Virus record (IMG/VR): IMGVR_UViG_3300037462_000270
Location: 1-44,460 of that record
From: a virus
Lineage: Duplodnaviria > Caudoviricetes
DNA length: 44,460 nucleotides
Direction: 5' to 3' (one strand)
In this document: positions 24,193 to 33,814 of the stretch, one piece after another
Layout of the letters: each line of letters starts with the position of its first letter
Position numbering within the stretch: the first letter of the stretch is position 1
The notes under the pieces: generated by a model
What the model saw: the letters and a program-made list of their open reading frames with translations, nothing else
Told to the model about the DNA's origin: nothing
Databases searched by the model: none
Translations under genes and position numbers: made by a program

Positions 24193-26303
24193 CCCTCACC
24201 GCCCGGGGAGCGCCGACGCACGAGCGGGTCGGCATCGACCTGGTACCGCGTGAGTTCGACCGGCTCGTCAGGGTACGGATTGCGGAACTGGATCGACAGG
24301 GAGAAGCAGGTCCGCATCAGGCGCAACTTGCGCATGCGGCGCACCGTGGCGCCCCACACATCCTCACCCCAGACCATCGCCCCCCACACGCCTCCCGGCG
24401 CGCCCGCCGAGAACGCCGCGCGCCGCGTCACCGTGGCGCCATCGTTCTCATTGAACTGGACGCGCACGTCGACCTCATGGGTGCCGCTGGTCGGCTTGAG
24501 CTGAATCGACAGCCACCGCAGCGCCTTGACGACGCCCGGCAGCCCGAAGTCCAGCCAGCCGGTTTTCCAATACCAGTCGATCCCGCCGATCGCGTACGTC
24601 CACCCCGCCTGCGGTGTGACGCTCCACGCGTTGGCCGTCGTGGTGTCCAACGTGAGCGTCGTCGCCGTGTTCGAGGCGATGCGCCGCCAGTAGCACGACC
24701 CGCTCGGACTGCAGGCCATCACCGGCACGCCCGCGAGCCCGCTGCCCGCCGTGTAGAACGTTGCGTTCTCGTCCGTCAGTGTCGAGTTCGTCGCCGCCGT
24801 CACCGTGCCGCGCACGGTCCCCGTGGCCGGGCCGTCGCGGTCCCCGTCGAACAACTGATAGACCCGGCCCCAGTAGTCGCCCAGGTACACGCCGAGGGCG
24901 CCCGCGTTCGTCGTGTACTGCGTCAGGCTGGCGTACTCGAGGCCCGTGATCGGCGGAAGCCAGGTGCCGATCAGGTAGTGGTAGGCGAGCAGCATGCGCC
25001 GGCGGGCCGATCCCGTCGTGGGAATCGCCCAGATGACGAGGCTGTTGGCTTCGTCGTGCACCGCCACGATGCCCGCGAGCTGCGCCCGGTTCAGGTCCGC
25101 CAGGATGCCCTCGATCGCAAAGTCCCCGATCGGCTGCCACGTCGACAGGTCCGTCCAGTAGGGCCCCTTGACCGCATCCCACGCGAAGAACCGGCCGAGC
25201 ACCTCGAGGCCCGCGTCCTGCGACACGCACCCGAACGCCGAGTGGACCGGTTCGATGTCGAACGGGAGCTTCGACCCGAGGAGCTGGAACGACGCGTGCG
25301 GCTTCATGACGAGACACTCGCTGCCGAACGTCTTCGCCAGGCGCACCGGCTCCCCGTCACCCGGCGACACCTTGAAGGCGTTGCGCGGATTCCAGGCCTC
25401 GATGTCGCCCTGCGTCGCCACATGCATCGTCGACGAGTCGGACGGGAACGCGATGCCGTAGCCCTTCCAGACGACCGCGAGCGCCGGCACGAAGGACGGC
25501 GGATCGTTCGCCGACTCCCCCGGCAGCGGATCGCGCCGCGCCGCGTCGATCACCGCTTCACTGTGCGTCGTGGTGCCGATCGCCACCGTGGCCACGCGCA
25601 TCCAGTAGACCTCCGACGTGTCCTCACGGCGGACGTAGACGCGCCAGTGGGTGACATGCGCCGGCGGGCTGCCGGAGGGCTTCGTGTGGACGCGCTGGTC
25701 ATCGGTGCAGACCAGGCTGGCCGTGGCCGCTTCGGTCGGGCTGCTCTCGTGATCGTGCGTCTGGTCGTACCAGGTGTAGCGGGCCGTGAACGTCCCCGTG
25801 ACCCCCGGCGACGACCCCGCGGACATGTTGGTGACGCCCGTCGGCTTCGCGAAGCCCACCGGCCGCACCGTCGTCCCGTCATAGAGCTGGTGCGCCGTGC
25901 CGTCGTGTAACCACGCCTGATTCTTGAAGAAGACCGCGCGCGCCGGCCGCCCCGCCGTGTAGCCCGTGGCGCCCGCGATGGCCGAGAAGGTCGAGACGTC
26001 GTCGTAGACCGACCAGGCACCGTTGCACGCCGCCAGCAGTTTCGGGGCCGCGGCTTCCCGCCGGAACTCCACGAGCCCGTCGACGGCCTTGGTGGCGGCC
26101 AGCGCCGTCGCGTTGATCAGCCGCGAGCCGGCCCGCTTCGCCATCGTCGCGCGGCGCTGCTCCCCCGCCTCGATGCGGCGCAGGATCGCGTTGCGGGCGT
26201 CGGGCGTCGCGCCAGCCGGCAGCGTGTCCGTCTCGGGCGTGTCCCGGAACCCACGCGAGAAGTCCTCACCGATGACCCGCGCGCCAGGGCGGACGTAACT
26301 CAC
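24189..26303 (-). CDS. Tail tubular protein B / stabilisation (nozzle)-like protein
   Basis: ~704 aa; GCVSQD, WKTGWLDFG...K motifs; follows adaptor; GTG 26303. Confidence 0.75.
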   Translation of the reverse strand: MSYVRPGARVIGEDFSRGFRDTPETDTLPAGATPDARNAILRRIEAGEQRRATMAKRAGSRLINATALAATKAVDGLVEFRREAAAPKLLAACNGAWSVYDDVSTFSAIAGATGYTAGRPARAVFFKNQAWLHDGTAHQLYDGTTVRPVGFAKPTGVTNMSAGSSPGVTGTFTARYTWYDQTHDHESSPTEAATASLVCTDDQRVHTKPSGSPPAHVTHWRVYVRREDTSEVYWMRVATVAIGTTTHSEAVIDAARRDPLPGESANDPPSFVPALAVVWKGYGIAFPSDSSTMHVATQGDIEAWNPRNAFKVSPGDGEPVRLAKTFGSECLVMKPHASFQLLGSKLPFDIEPVHSAFGCVSQDAGLEVLGRFFAWDAVKGPYWTDLSTWQPIGDFAIEGILADLNRAQLAGIVAVHDEANSLVIWAIPTTGSARRRMLLAYHYLIGTWLPPITGLEYASLTQYTTNAGALGVYLGDYWGRVYQLFDGDRDGPATGTVRGTVTAATNSTLTDENATFYTAGSGLAGVPVMACSPSGSCYWRRIASNTATTLTLDTTTANAWSVTPQAGWTYAIGGIDWYWKTGWLDFGLPGVVKALRWLSIQLKPTSGTHEVDVRVQFNENDGATVTRRAAFSAGAPGGVWGAMVWGEDVWGATVRRMRKLRLMRTCFSLSIQFRNPYPDEPVELTRYQVDADPLVRRRSPGGEG

Positions 26304-27256
26304 CGGCCGAACCCTCCAGCAAACGGCATGCGCTGCGGCCGGGGCCGCCGCAGGTTGTCCTCCTCGATCATCGCCCGCAGGATGGGCCGCGGCTCGTTCG
26401 CGCTCGAGGCGAGTTCGCCCGTGTTGACGCGCCAGCCGAGGAGCCACTCCTCCTCGATCGCCCGCCACCAGTCGCCCGGCAGGGAGTCACTGTCGCCCAC
26501 CAGCAACCGCTGGCGCCGCATGAACGGCACCGCGATCACGTCGGCCGCGTCGGGCGTCGGGAAGAACTGCAGGATCTGATGCTCCCGCGCGCCCTCGTCC
26601 GCGTCGAGCGCCTGCAGGACCACGCCGTCCGTCGTGCGCAGCGTCACCGTGCCGGCACTGCTGCGCCCCGCCGCCGGCACCACGGCCGCGTCGTACGCCT
26701 TCGCGAACTCGTCGACGAAGGAGAACGTCCCGAGCGTCACCGGCGACGTGCCCGTCAGCGTGACCCGCTTGACCCGCTGGATGCCGTTGGCGTCGTCGCC
26801 CGTGACCGTCACCTCCACCGTGGTGTCGGTGGCGCTGTCGCTCACGACCTCGAGCACCTCACCGGACACGAGCGGCTGCCGGAACGCCTGCGTGATGCCG
26901 ATCACGCGGTAGTGCGTCGGCGCGCCCGTCGGCGCCGTCGACGTGCCCATGCCGGGGAACCGATCGGCCGTCTCGTCCTTCGACGCCTCCTCGAGCCGCT
27001 GCCCCTTCCGGCTCCGGTTCACGACCGGCCGCAGGATGCGCCCCGCCTGCGACGGCAGGGCGTACCGCGAGCGCCCCGCCGTGAGCGTGACCTCGAACGG
27101 CGACGGGCTCTCGAAGTCCTGCCACGCGTGCGCCAGCCAGATTTTGTGGACCGCCGAGTTGAGCACGTCGAGTGCCACCTGGCGCGCCTGGCTGTCGCCC
27201 ACTTCGCCGACGCCCCGCAGGAGCACGTCGAGGGCTTCCCTCACCGTGGTGTACAT
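26300..27256 (-). CDS. Head-tail adaptor (tubular protein A-like)
   Basis: LNSAVHKIW...LTAGRSRYALP...GAPTHY...FFPTPDA pattern. Confidence 0.75.
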   Translation of the reverse strand: MYTTVREALDVLLRGVGEVGDSQARQVALDVLNSAVHKIWLAHAWQDFESPSPFEVTLTAGRSRYALPSQAGRILRPVVNRSRKGQRLEEASKDETADRFPGMGTSTAPTGAPTHYRVIGITQAFRQPLVSGEVLEVVSDSATDTTVEVTVTGDDANGIQRVKRVTLTGTSPVTLGTFSFVDEFAKAYDAAVVPAAGRSSAGTVTLRTTDGVVLQALDADEGAREHQILQFFPTPDAADVIAVPFMRRQRLLVGDSDSLPGDWWRAIEEEWLLGWRVNTGELASSANEPRPILRAMIEEDNLRRPRPQRMPFAGGFGR

Positions 27257-27259
27257 GCG

Positions 27260-27403
27260 TCAGCCTCTCCGGACCCAGGGCCCGGACGTGATCGGGTCAA
27301 TCGGCGCCGGCGTCTCTTCGACCTCCGGCTCCGGCGTCACATCCTCGTCCTCGTCGCCGTCGCCGAAGTAGCCTTCGCCGAATCCGTCTTCACCGTAGGA
27401 CAT
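27260..27403 (-). CDS. Small acidic protein (47 aa, not in ORF track)
   Basis: GAGGAG SD; MSYGEDGFGEGYFGDGDEDEDV...; fills the gap between genes. Confidence 0.6.
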   Translation of the reverse strand: MSYGEDGFGEGYFGDGDEDEDVTPEPEVEETPAPIDPITSGPWVRRG

Positions 27404-27412
27404 GGCCGCTCC

Positions 27413-28114
27413 TCACAGTCCGAACCACCACGCCTGCGCGGCACGGCCGATGGCCCCGCCGCCGCCCTCCGGCGCCTCGGTGCCGAGCAGCACCATGCCC
27501 GACCGCGCGATGCGGTCCGTGCCCGTGCTGTCCCACTCGCCGAGTTGCGCCGTGGTGCCGCTCGGGAACTCCTGATAGGCGAAAAAGTAGTTCGCGTCGG
27601 TGCCGCCGATCTTCGTCCACCCGCTCCCAGACTTCGGCACGCCGTTCGTGAAGTTCGTGCTGGCCGCGCCGGCCGCGATCAGACCCAGGACAGACAGTGC
27701 CGTGGTCAGGCCACTCGTCGACGACCGATGGAAGTCTGTGACGGCCGCATCCACGAACTCGTCGTCATCCACCAGGTTCAGCGACGTGCCCGCTTCGAAC
27801 TCCACCGCGCAACACGCGAAGTCGGCCGTATTCTGGCCGTGCCCGACCGCGATCGTGGCCGAGCCCCCCGGATGGTTCGCTCGGCCCCAGAATCGAGAGA
27901 TTCCGATCGACCCGCCCGCCGTGTTGTGCAGGTTGGACCAGCCCGCCCCAGACCCGCCCTCGGTCACGCCGAACGTACGCCCAACCACCCCGGACTGATG
28001 AATCAGGACCGCAATGGTGCTACCCGCCGTGATCGCGGACCCAAACGTGAGCGACGCCGCCAACGGCGTCCCAGTGCCGCGCACGACAGCGGAGGAAACC
28101 TGAAGAACGCCCAT
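27413..28114 (-). CDS. Putative virion surface protein
   Basis: 233 aa Gly/Ser/Thr-rich beta-type protein in structural block. Confidence 0.65.
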   Translation of the reverse strand: MGVLQVSSAVVRGTGTPLAASLTFGSAITAGSTIAVLIHQSGVVGRTFGVTEGGSGAGWSNLHNTAGGSIGISRFWGRANHPGGSATIAVGHGQNTADFACCAVEFEAGTSLNLVDDDEFVDAAVTDFHRSSTSGLTTALSVLGLIAAGAASTNFTNGVPKSGSGWTKIGGTDANYFFAYQEFPSGTTAQLGEWDSTGTDRIARSGMVLLGTEAPEGGGGAIGRAAQAWWFGL

Positions 28115-28117
28115 CGA

Positions 28118-30109
28118 TTACCGCTCCGGTCTCTCGAGAATGGCCGGCACATCGCCGATCGCCATGTTGTTGACGACAAAGTTGCGGACGTAGCACACGA
28201 AGTCGCGATCATCGAGACGGAACCGCTCGGAGTCGCTCGTGTCCATCTCCAGCCACCACTCATAGATCGGCGCGTTGACCACCATCGGCGCGTTGGCCGT
28301 GGCCGCACTCCACGATTTGCAGGGGCGATTGGCAAACAACTGCACCGGGTCCGTTTCCTCGTCCGATACCCACACGCTCAGCAAGTCGCGGTCGTCGATT
28401 CGCTGCTGGATATGAATGTGCCAGCGCGTCCACCGGTTCGGATGGATGATGAACGTGGTGAGCATGGGCCGCGTCGGGTAGACGCGGGTGATGCTTGCCG
28501 GCAGATTGTTTGGCGCGGCCGGGTTGAACGCTTCGCCGTCACTAGACAGCGACATGTACGACCGCCAATCGGCCTCGGCGACATGGATCGTGTTGTCGAA
28601 GCCCGGGGCAGGGGACGGCGCATTGCCCGACGACGAAAACCGCGTCGCCACTTCTTCCCACAGCGTCCCGCCCACCTTCTTGGACGTGAACTGCGTCGCC
28701 TTGTGGTTCTTCAGCCAGTTCGCCGCGGTCTCCCCGATCCCAGGCTTGCGGAGCCACGAGTCGGTGTAGAACTTGTCGTACTCGATGTAGTACGACTGCC
28801 CCGGCGTCGTGTTGAGCGCCATCCGCACCTGATTGGGCAGGCTGCTCGTGCTGCGCTGGACGGGCGTGCCGGCCGAGTGCGCCTGTGCCGTGGTGCCAAA
28901 CTGAGCACGCACGCAGGCCACAGTCGGGCTCGCCTTGGGCTTGCCCGACACGATGATGATCTCGGTGCCGATTCGGACGGCCGTCCCGTTGTCGTAGGGG
29001 CGAGCGGTGCCAAGATTGACCGTCGTCCCATCGACCGCCAGGTCTGCCCCCAGCGCGTCCACCGGCGCCTCGAATGACGGAATGACCGCCCGACCCGCGT
29101 CCTGCGCATTCGGGTCGGTATCCGTGCCGGGGCTGTACGTGACCGACAGCGGCACCACATTCGACTCGTGATAGCCACCATCGGCGGGCCGCGCGAGTTG
29201 ATTGGCGAAGTAGGGGTTGACCTTGCCCGCATGGAGCCCAGACGCGTACAGCTTCGGCTGGCCAGGCACCGGGCGGAAGCTGAGACCCGTCACGTAGTCG
29301 GCCCGGGCGATCATCGTGTCGAAGTGCCCATTCGCGCCCGACAGCGCCTCGGTCTCCGCGATCGTGCCCGTGGCCGCCGCCGTGGTGATCGTCACCGGCG
29401 CGCCGCCCATCAGGGCTGCGCTGATCGTCAGCACGACCGTGCGCGCGCCCTGGAAACCAGACCGCAGCGTCGTCGGGACCGTGATGTCGACAAACGTGGC
29501 CGCAGCCCCGATCGTCGCCCCCGTACCGGACGTGGCCGTGTAGTCGGTGCCGGCCGTCGCCGTCCCGTTACTGGTCGCATACGCAAAGGTGACCGTCGCA
29601 CCAGGTGCCACCGTCGCCGACACGCGGAAGGTGAGCGGCGTGCCCTCATTCGCCGGCGCCAGGGCCGCCACGCTCAGCGCGAGCGCCACCGCGCTGGGGT
29701 CCGTGACCGTCACCGATGCCGTCGCCCGCGCCAGCACCAGCGACTCCCCGCCCTGTAGGCCGTTGGTGATCGTCACGGTGAAGGCGCGCGCGCCCTGCGT
29801 CCCGCTGCGCGCCAGCAGCGTCACCGGCAGGTCAACGAACGCCGCGCCGGCCGGGATGGTGCCCGTGCCAGAGACGCCGGTGTAGTCGGTGCCAGAGACC
29901 GCCGTCCCGTTCGCCATGCTGTACGAGAAGGTGGCCGCCGACGCCGTCGCGAACGACCGCGAGACGCGCACCTGAACCGTCGTGCCCTCCTCACCTGACG
30001 CGTCGGCCACCGACAGCGTCGGCAGCGGCACGGCCCCATCCGCGATCGTCGCGAGCTTGCCGCCCACGACGTACAGCCGCGACCGCTCCGGGTTGGACAG
30101 GAGCGCCAC
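28118..30109 (-). CDS. Calx-beta repeat protein with C-terminal lectin/jelly-roll-like domain
   Basis: Two repeats LSVAD..EG...NGTAxxGTDYTxxSGTxTI; C-terminal Trp-rich NRWTRWHIHI...SVWV. Confidence 0.8.
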   Translation of the reverse strand: MALLSNPERSRLYVVGGKLATIADGAVPLPTLSVADASGEEGTTVQVRVSRSFATASAATFSYSMANGTAVSGTDYTGVSGTGTIPAGAAFVDLPVTLLARSGTQGARAFTVTITNGLQGGESLVLARATASVTVTDPSAVALALSVAALAPANEGTPLTFRVSATVAPGATVTFAYATSNGTATAGTDYTATSGTGATIGAAATFVDITVPTTLRSGFQGARTVVLTISAALMGGAPVTITTAAATGTIAETEALSGANGHFDTMIARADYVTGLSFRPVPGQPKLYASGLHAGKVNPYFANQLARPADGGYHESNVVPLSVTYSPGTDTDPNAQDAGRAVIPSFEAPVDALGADLAVDGTTVNLGTARPYDNGTAVRIGTEIIIVSGKPKASPTVACVRAQFGTTAQAHSAGTPVQRSTSSLPNQVRMALNTTPGQSYYIEYDKFYTDSWLRKPGIGETAANWLKNHKATQFTSKKVGGTLWEEVATRFSSSGNAPSPAPGFDNTIHVAEADWRSYMSLSSDGEAFNPAAPNNLPASITRVYPTRPMLTTFIIHPNRWTRWHIHIQQRIDDRDLLSVWVSDEETDPVQLFANRPCKSWSAATANAPMVVNAPIYEWWLEMDTSDSERFRLDDRDFVCYVRNFVVNNMAIGDVPAILERPER

Positions 30110-30110
30110 G

Positions 30111-31358
30111 TCAGGCCGCCGGCGCCAGGCGATCGACGAGCAGCACGCCCGTGATCCCCGTGAGAGACACCGCGCTGGTCACGGTGACGTTGATCTCGTC
30201 GAGCCGCGCCAGCGTGTTCGCGCCCGAGGCGTTGCTGGTCGCCTTGGTGGTCGTCGCCGCCACCGCCGACAGGCCCGTGATGCTCGTGCTGCCGATCTTG
30301 AAGTTGAAGGTGGCCGAGCCCCCGAGCGTCTTCATCACGACCGCGGTGATCGTGCCCGCGATCGGCGAGGCGAGGCAGACGGGATACGTGCCGTCGGCCG
30401 TGATGTCGCCCGGCAGCGGACAGGCCGTGTACTTGCCGAGCAGGGCCAGCACCTCATCCGCCGTTGCCGGCACCCACGAACCGTCGTCGCCGACAGCCGG
30501 ATCGAAGATCGCGAACCGGTCCGTCTCGCTGCCCGTGATGCCGTCGGACGCGAAGGACGCCAGGCTAGGAGTCGTCGGCACCAGCGTGCCGAGGGCGTTC
30601 ACCGCGAGAATCTGATCCTCGGTGGCCCCCGCCATGTCGATGCCCGCGATGTCGCTGAGCTCGTGCGTGTGGCCGTCGAACGCCACCTCCGCCTCGTCGA
30701 GCAGGGCCGCCGTGCCGAGCTCCAGCGCCGTGACCCGCTCGGCTGGCGTGTCGCCCAGGAGCGTGTCCACGAACACCGAGAACCCGCTGGCAGCCATCAG
30801 GCTCCGGACGTCGGTGGCCACGGCCATCATCGCCGGCGTGACGACGTTGTTGTCGACCGTCCACACCCCCGCGGTCACGGAGATGTGTCCCTTGTCGCCG
30901 TCGGCCACGCCGGTCGACTCGAGGGTGTCGATCTGCGTCTGCAGGTCGTCGAGCTCGGCCTGCAGGCCCGTCACCCGTGAGATGGGCTGCGAGTGCGAGT
31001 TGATCAGCGCCGTGTTGGCCGCGATGTTCGTCTCGAGGTCGTCGATGTCCTCCGCGTACGGGCCCGACGTGATGATGGTGCCCACCGGCAGGTTCAGCGC
31101 CGACGTGCTCGTCCCGACGCCGAGCCGCCACGAGCGCCGCACCGTGCGCCCCCCGGCGCCGAGCGTCAGCGCCGTGCCGTCGAACGCCGCCGTTCCGACT
31201 TCGCGGAACCCGGTCGTCTTGGCCTGATAGTGGATCGTCGTGACGCCGCTCCCGGCGCGCTCGGTGAAGGAGGGGTAGCCGGTGACGGCCGCGAGCGTCA
31301 GCGTGCCCGTGCCGCCCTCGGTCACCACCATGCGGGCGAAATTGATACGTGTGGGCAT
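30111..31358 (-). CDS. Fibre/spike-like structural protein
   Basis: HSQPISRVTGLQAELD and HTHELSDIAG fibre-type motifs, DGDKGHISV; follows spike base gene. Confidence 0.7.
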   Translation of the reverse strand: MPTRINFARMVVTEGGTGTLTLAAVTGYPSFTERAGSGVTTIHYQAKTTGFREVGTAAFDGTALTLGAGGRTVRRSWRLGVGTSTSALNLPVGTIITSGPYAEDIDDLETNIAANTALINSHSQPISRVTGLQAELDDLQTQIDTLESTGVADGDKGHISVTAGVWTVDNNVVTPAMMAVATDVRSLMAASGFSVFVDTLLGDTPAERVTALELGTAALLDEAEVAFDGHTHELSDIAGIDMAGATEDQILAVNALGTLVPTTPSLASFASDGITGSETDRFAIFDPAVGDDGSWVPATADEVLALLGKYTACPLPGDITADGTYPVCLASPIAGTITAVVMKTLGGSATFNFKIGSTSITGLSAVAATTTKATSNASGANTLARLDEINVTVTSAVSLTGITGVLLVDRLAPAA

Positions 31359-31362
31359 GCCG

Positions 31363-31623
31363 CTATCCTCGGAACAGCGCGGTGACGACGAGGCTGGCCG
31401 TGGTGCCCGTGGCCATCACACGCTCAACGGTGATCGGCAGGATGATGCCCGCCGGAATCTTGTGGAAGGTGAAACTCGTGCCCGCCTTGAACTGGACGAC
31501 CAGGTCCACCACGGTCGTCGCATCGCCCGTCGCCAGTCCGACGAACAGACCGTGATGCGGAACGGTGATCTTCGCCGTGTCGGACGGCGTGATGGCGGTG
31601 GCAGTCGTGAACGGTCGGTCCAT
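31363..31623 (-). CDS. Head spike base protein (RcGTA Rcc01079-like)
   Basis: AITPSD...GLFVG...TFHKIPAGIILPITVERVMATGTTA. Confidence 0.8.
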   Translation of the reverse strand: MDRPFTTATAITPSDTAKITVPHHGLFVGLATGDATTVVDLVVQFKAGTSFTFHKIPAGIILPITVERVMATGTTASLVVTALFRG

Positions 31624-31731
31624 GGTCCATATCCTCCGAAGCGGCCCCCGGCGCCTACCACCGGGGCCCGCCTCGTCCAGGTCAACACCTGCGTAGGCTG
31701 CGGCATGCCGCAGCGAAACCCGCCCCGCGTG

Positions 31732-32184
31732 CTAGGCGGTGACCACCGTGCCCGTGACGCCGTTCTGGACGTTCTCGAGCAACCACTGGTAGGTCGACGC
31801 GCCGGTCTGCACACAGACCGCGTTGATGACCGCCCCGATCTGCTGGTTGCTGGTCTGCGCCGCCAGCGAATCCGCCGCGAGGTCGTTGATCACGCCGAGC
31901 GTGTCGGCCGTGGCCGACGCCACGAGCATGTTCTGGGCGACCAGGTTGACGAACTTGTAGGTGACGCCGAGCTGGTCGACCGTCGGCGTCGGCAGCGTGA
32001 ACGTCACTGCGCCGGCCGCGCCGTACGTGGTGAAGATGGTGCCGGGCCGGTCGGCCTGCAGTTGGACCGTGTAGTCCGTGGCCTTCGCCTTAACCGGCGC
32101 CACGCCGGGCAGCAGGAATCCGAGGGCATTGGCGAGGCCGATGTCCTTGAGCAGACGGACGACGTCGAAGAGTTCGCGAGACAT
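31732..32184 (-). CDS. Capsid decoration-like protein, paralog 2
   Basis: PGTIFTTYGAAGAVTFTLPTP...GVTYKF. Confidence 0.7.
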   Translation of the reverse strand: MSRELFDVVRLLKDIGLANALGFLLPGVAPVKAKATDYTVQLQADRPGTIFTTYGAAGAVTFTLPTPTVDQLGVTYKFVNLVAQNMLVASATADTLGVINDLAADSLAAQTSNQQIGAVINAVCVQTGASTYQWLLENVQNGVTGTVVTA

Positions 32185-32220
32185 GAGGCAGTGCTCCTTT
32201 GCGCGTGAGAGTGAGGGACG

Positions 32221-32592
32221 TTACGTGTTGACGGTGTAGGTGTGGCCCACGGCCACGCCATCGGCCGCCCAGCGGTAGACGCCCGCAGACGTCTCGACGC
32301 ACTTGGCTTCGATCTCGCCACCGATGGTCGAGACCTGGACGCTGTCGGCCGCGGCATCGCTCAGCGCGATCAGCGTGTCCGCCGTCGGCGCCGCCACGAC
32401 CACGGCCTGCGCCACCAGCGCCTTGAACCGATACCAGGTCCCGAGCAGGCTGGCGTTGGGCGTGGGCAGGGTGAACGTCACCGAGCCCGAGGCGCCGCCA
32501 TTGGTGAAGACCGTGCCCGGGCTATCGAACGGCGGATTGACCTGATACGCCGCCGTCTTGCGCAGCGTGCGGCGGGAAAGGCGAGTGCTCAT
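32221..32592 (-). CDS. Capsid decoration-like protein, paralog 1
   Basis: PGTVFTNGGASGSVTFTLPTP...GTWYRF. Confidence 0.7.
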   Translation of the reverse strand: MSTRLSRRTLRKTAAYQVNPPFDSPGTVFTNGGASGSVTFTLPTPNASLLGTWYRFKALVAQAVVVAAPTADTLIALSDAAADSVQVSTIGGEIEAKCVETSAGVYRWAADGVAVGHTYTVNT

Positions 32593-33124
32593 CTGTCATT
32601 TCTCCTACCGGGCTCTCCCCGGTCGATGAGTGCGGACTGGTGCCCGCGTTGTTGATGCGCGTGCGGAACCCGTCGAGCGTCCCGAGCCGCGCCTGTGCGT
32701 CGTGCGAGTCGGCGGCGATGTCCTCGAACATCTGCCGCCGCTTCATGCGGCGCTCCGTGCGCGCGTCCTCGTCGGCCTGGCGCAGGTCACGATCGAGCTT
32801 CCGGTAGCCGCCCGGCTTGTGCAGGTCGGCCCCCTGCTCGTGCAGGCTCTCGATGATCCGCGCCGGACGATCGAGGAAGTACCGATGGACCGTGGCCACA
32901 TGCATGTAGCCGTCACGCGCCGAGACCTGCCCATCGTTCAGGTCTCGCCGCGACGTGTGCACCGGCTTGCTACGCTGGCAGCGCCGCTCGAGGATGAAGA
33001 ACCCCGGCGAGCTCGCGCTCTTGCGCAGCCGCAGCAGCGGATCCGCCACGCGGAGATAGTCCTCCACGTAGGCAAACCCGGGGTCGAGCCGCAGCGACGG
33101 TTCGACCGGCACGTGGACGCTCAC
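32522..33124 (-). CDS. Hypothetical protein
   Basis: 200 aa, GTGA-coupled to upstream gene. Confidence 0.6.
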   Translation of the reverse strand: MSVHVPVEPSLRLDPGFAYVEDYLRVADPLLRLRKSASSPGFFILERRCQRSKPVHTSRRDLNDGQVSARDGYMHVATVHRYFLDRPARIIESLHEQGADLHKPGGYRKLDRDLRQADEDARTERRMKRRQMFEDIAADSHDAQARLGTLDGFRTRINNAGTSPHSSTGESPVGEMTDEHSPFPPHAAQDGGVSGQSAVR

Positions 33125-33735
33125 CGACGGCCCCGCCCGCGAGGCGCCGGATCGTCACCCTGTTCGGCCGCGAGCGCGCGCGCCTCCTGAATACCGCTGT
33201 GCTGGGACGCCGGAATCGGCGCGAGCACGGCCGGATCGACCGGGGCGTTGACGGCGTCCTCGAGGTCGGTGCCCTGCGCCAGCAGCGTCGCCTGGACCTC
33301 GGAGACGTCCACCATCCGCACCGGGCTGTCGGCCGAGCGGGCAATGGCTTCCCCGGCCACGCCGTAGCGCGCCAGTTCGGCCGCCGTGAACGGCCGGCAG
33401 TCCTCCATCCGATCGCCCTCCGGCACCTTCCGTCCGTCCTGCGTGAACGGGCGGATGTAGAGGTACGACTTCTGCTTCAGCGGCGCCCCCGCGCGCCCGC
33501 TGTTCGGGTCACGCGACCCCGGCACCACCGCCCGACGCCGCAGCAGCAGGGCCACGCCGTACGGCATGAGGAACTCCTCGTCACGCTCGGAGCGCGACGG
33601 GATGTCCCACTTGATGCCGTCGAACATCTCGAGCAGCGACGGCCCGCCGCGATGCCCCACGACCACGAGCGAGTCGGGCGTGATGGCGGTCGGCAGGACA
33701 CTGGGACCAAGGACGGTGAGTGTGGACTCGGACAT
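33121..33735 (-). CDS. Hypothetical protein downstream of capsid
   Basis: 204 aa, GGAGG SD. Confidence 0.7.
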   Translation of the reverse strand: MSESTLTVLGPSVLPTAITPDSLVVVGHRGGPSLLEMFDGIKWDIPSRSERDEEFLMPYGVALLLRRRAVVPGSRDPNSGRAGAPLKQKSYLYIRPFTQDGRKVPEGDRMEDCRPFTAAELARYGVAGEAIARSADSPVRMVDVSEVQATLLAQGTDLEDAVNAPVDPAVLAPIPASQHSGIQEARALAAEQGDDPAPRGRGRR

Positions 33736-33768
33736 GCAATGCCTCCAGAGACAGGGGACTCAGGGAAC

Positions 33769-33803
33769 GCCGAGGCGAGGCACGCCAGGTGCCTCGCCTC
33801 GGC
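33769..33803 (-). terminator. Perfect 15-bp hairpin after major capsid gene
   Basis: GCCGAGGCGAGGCAC-gccag-GTGCCTCGCCTCGGC; only a weak U tract. Confidence 0.65.
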
Positions 33804-33814
33804 CAGGTGCGCCG

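Noticed and set aside
31685-31725. Hammerhead ribozyme (hairpin followed by GAAAC; also at 14492-14515)
   Set aside because: The required CUGANGA core is absent upstream of the stem in both places
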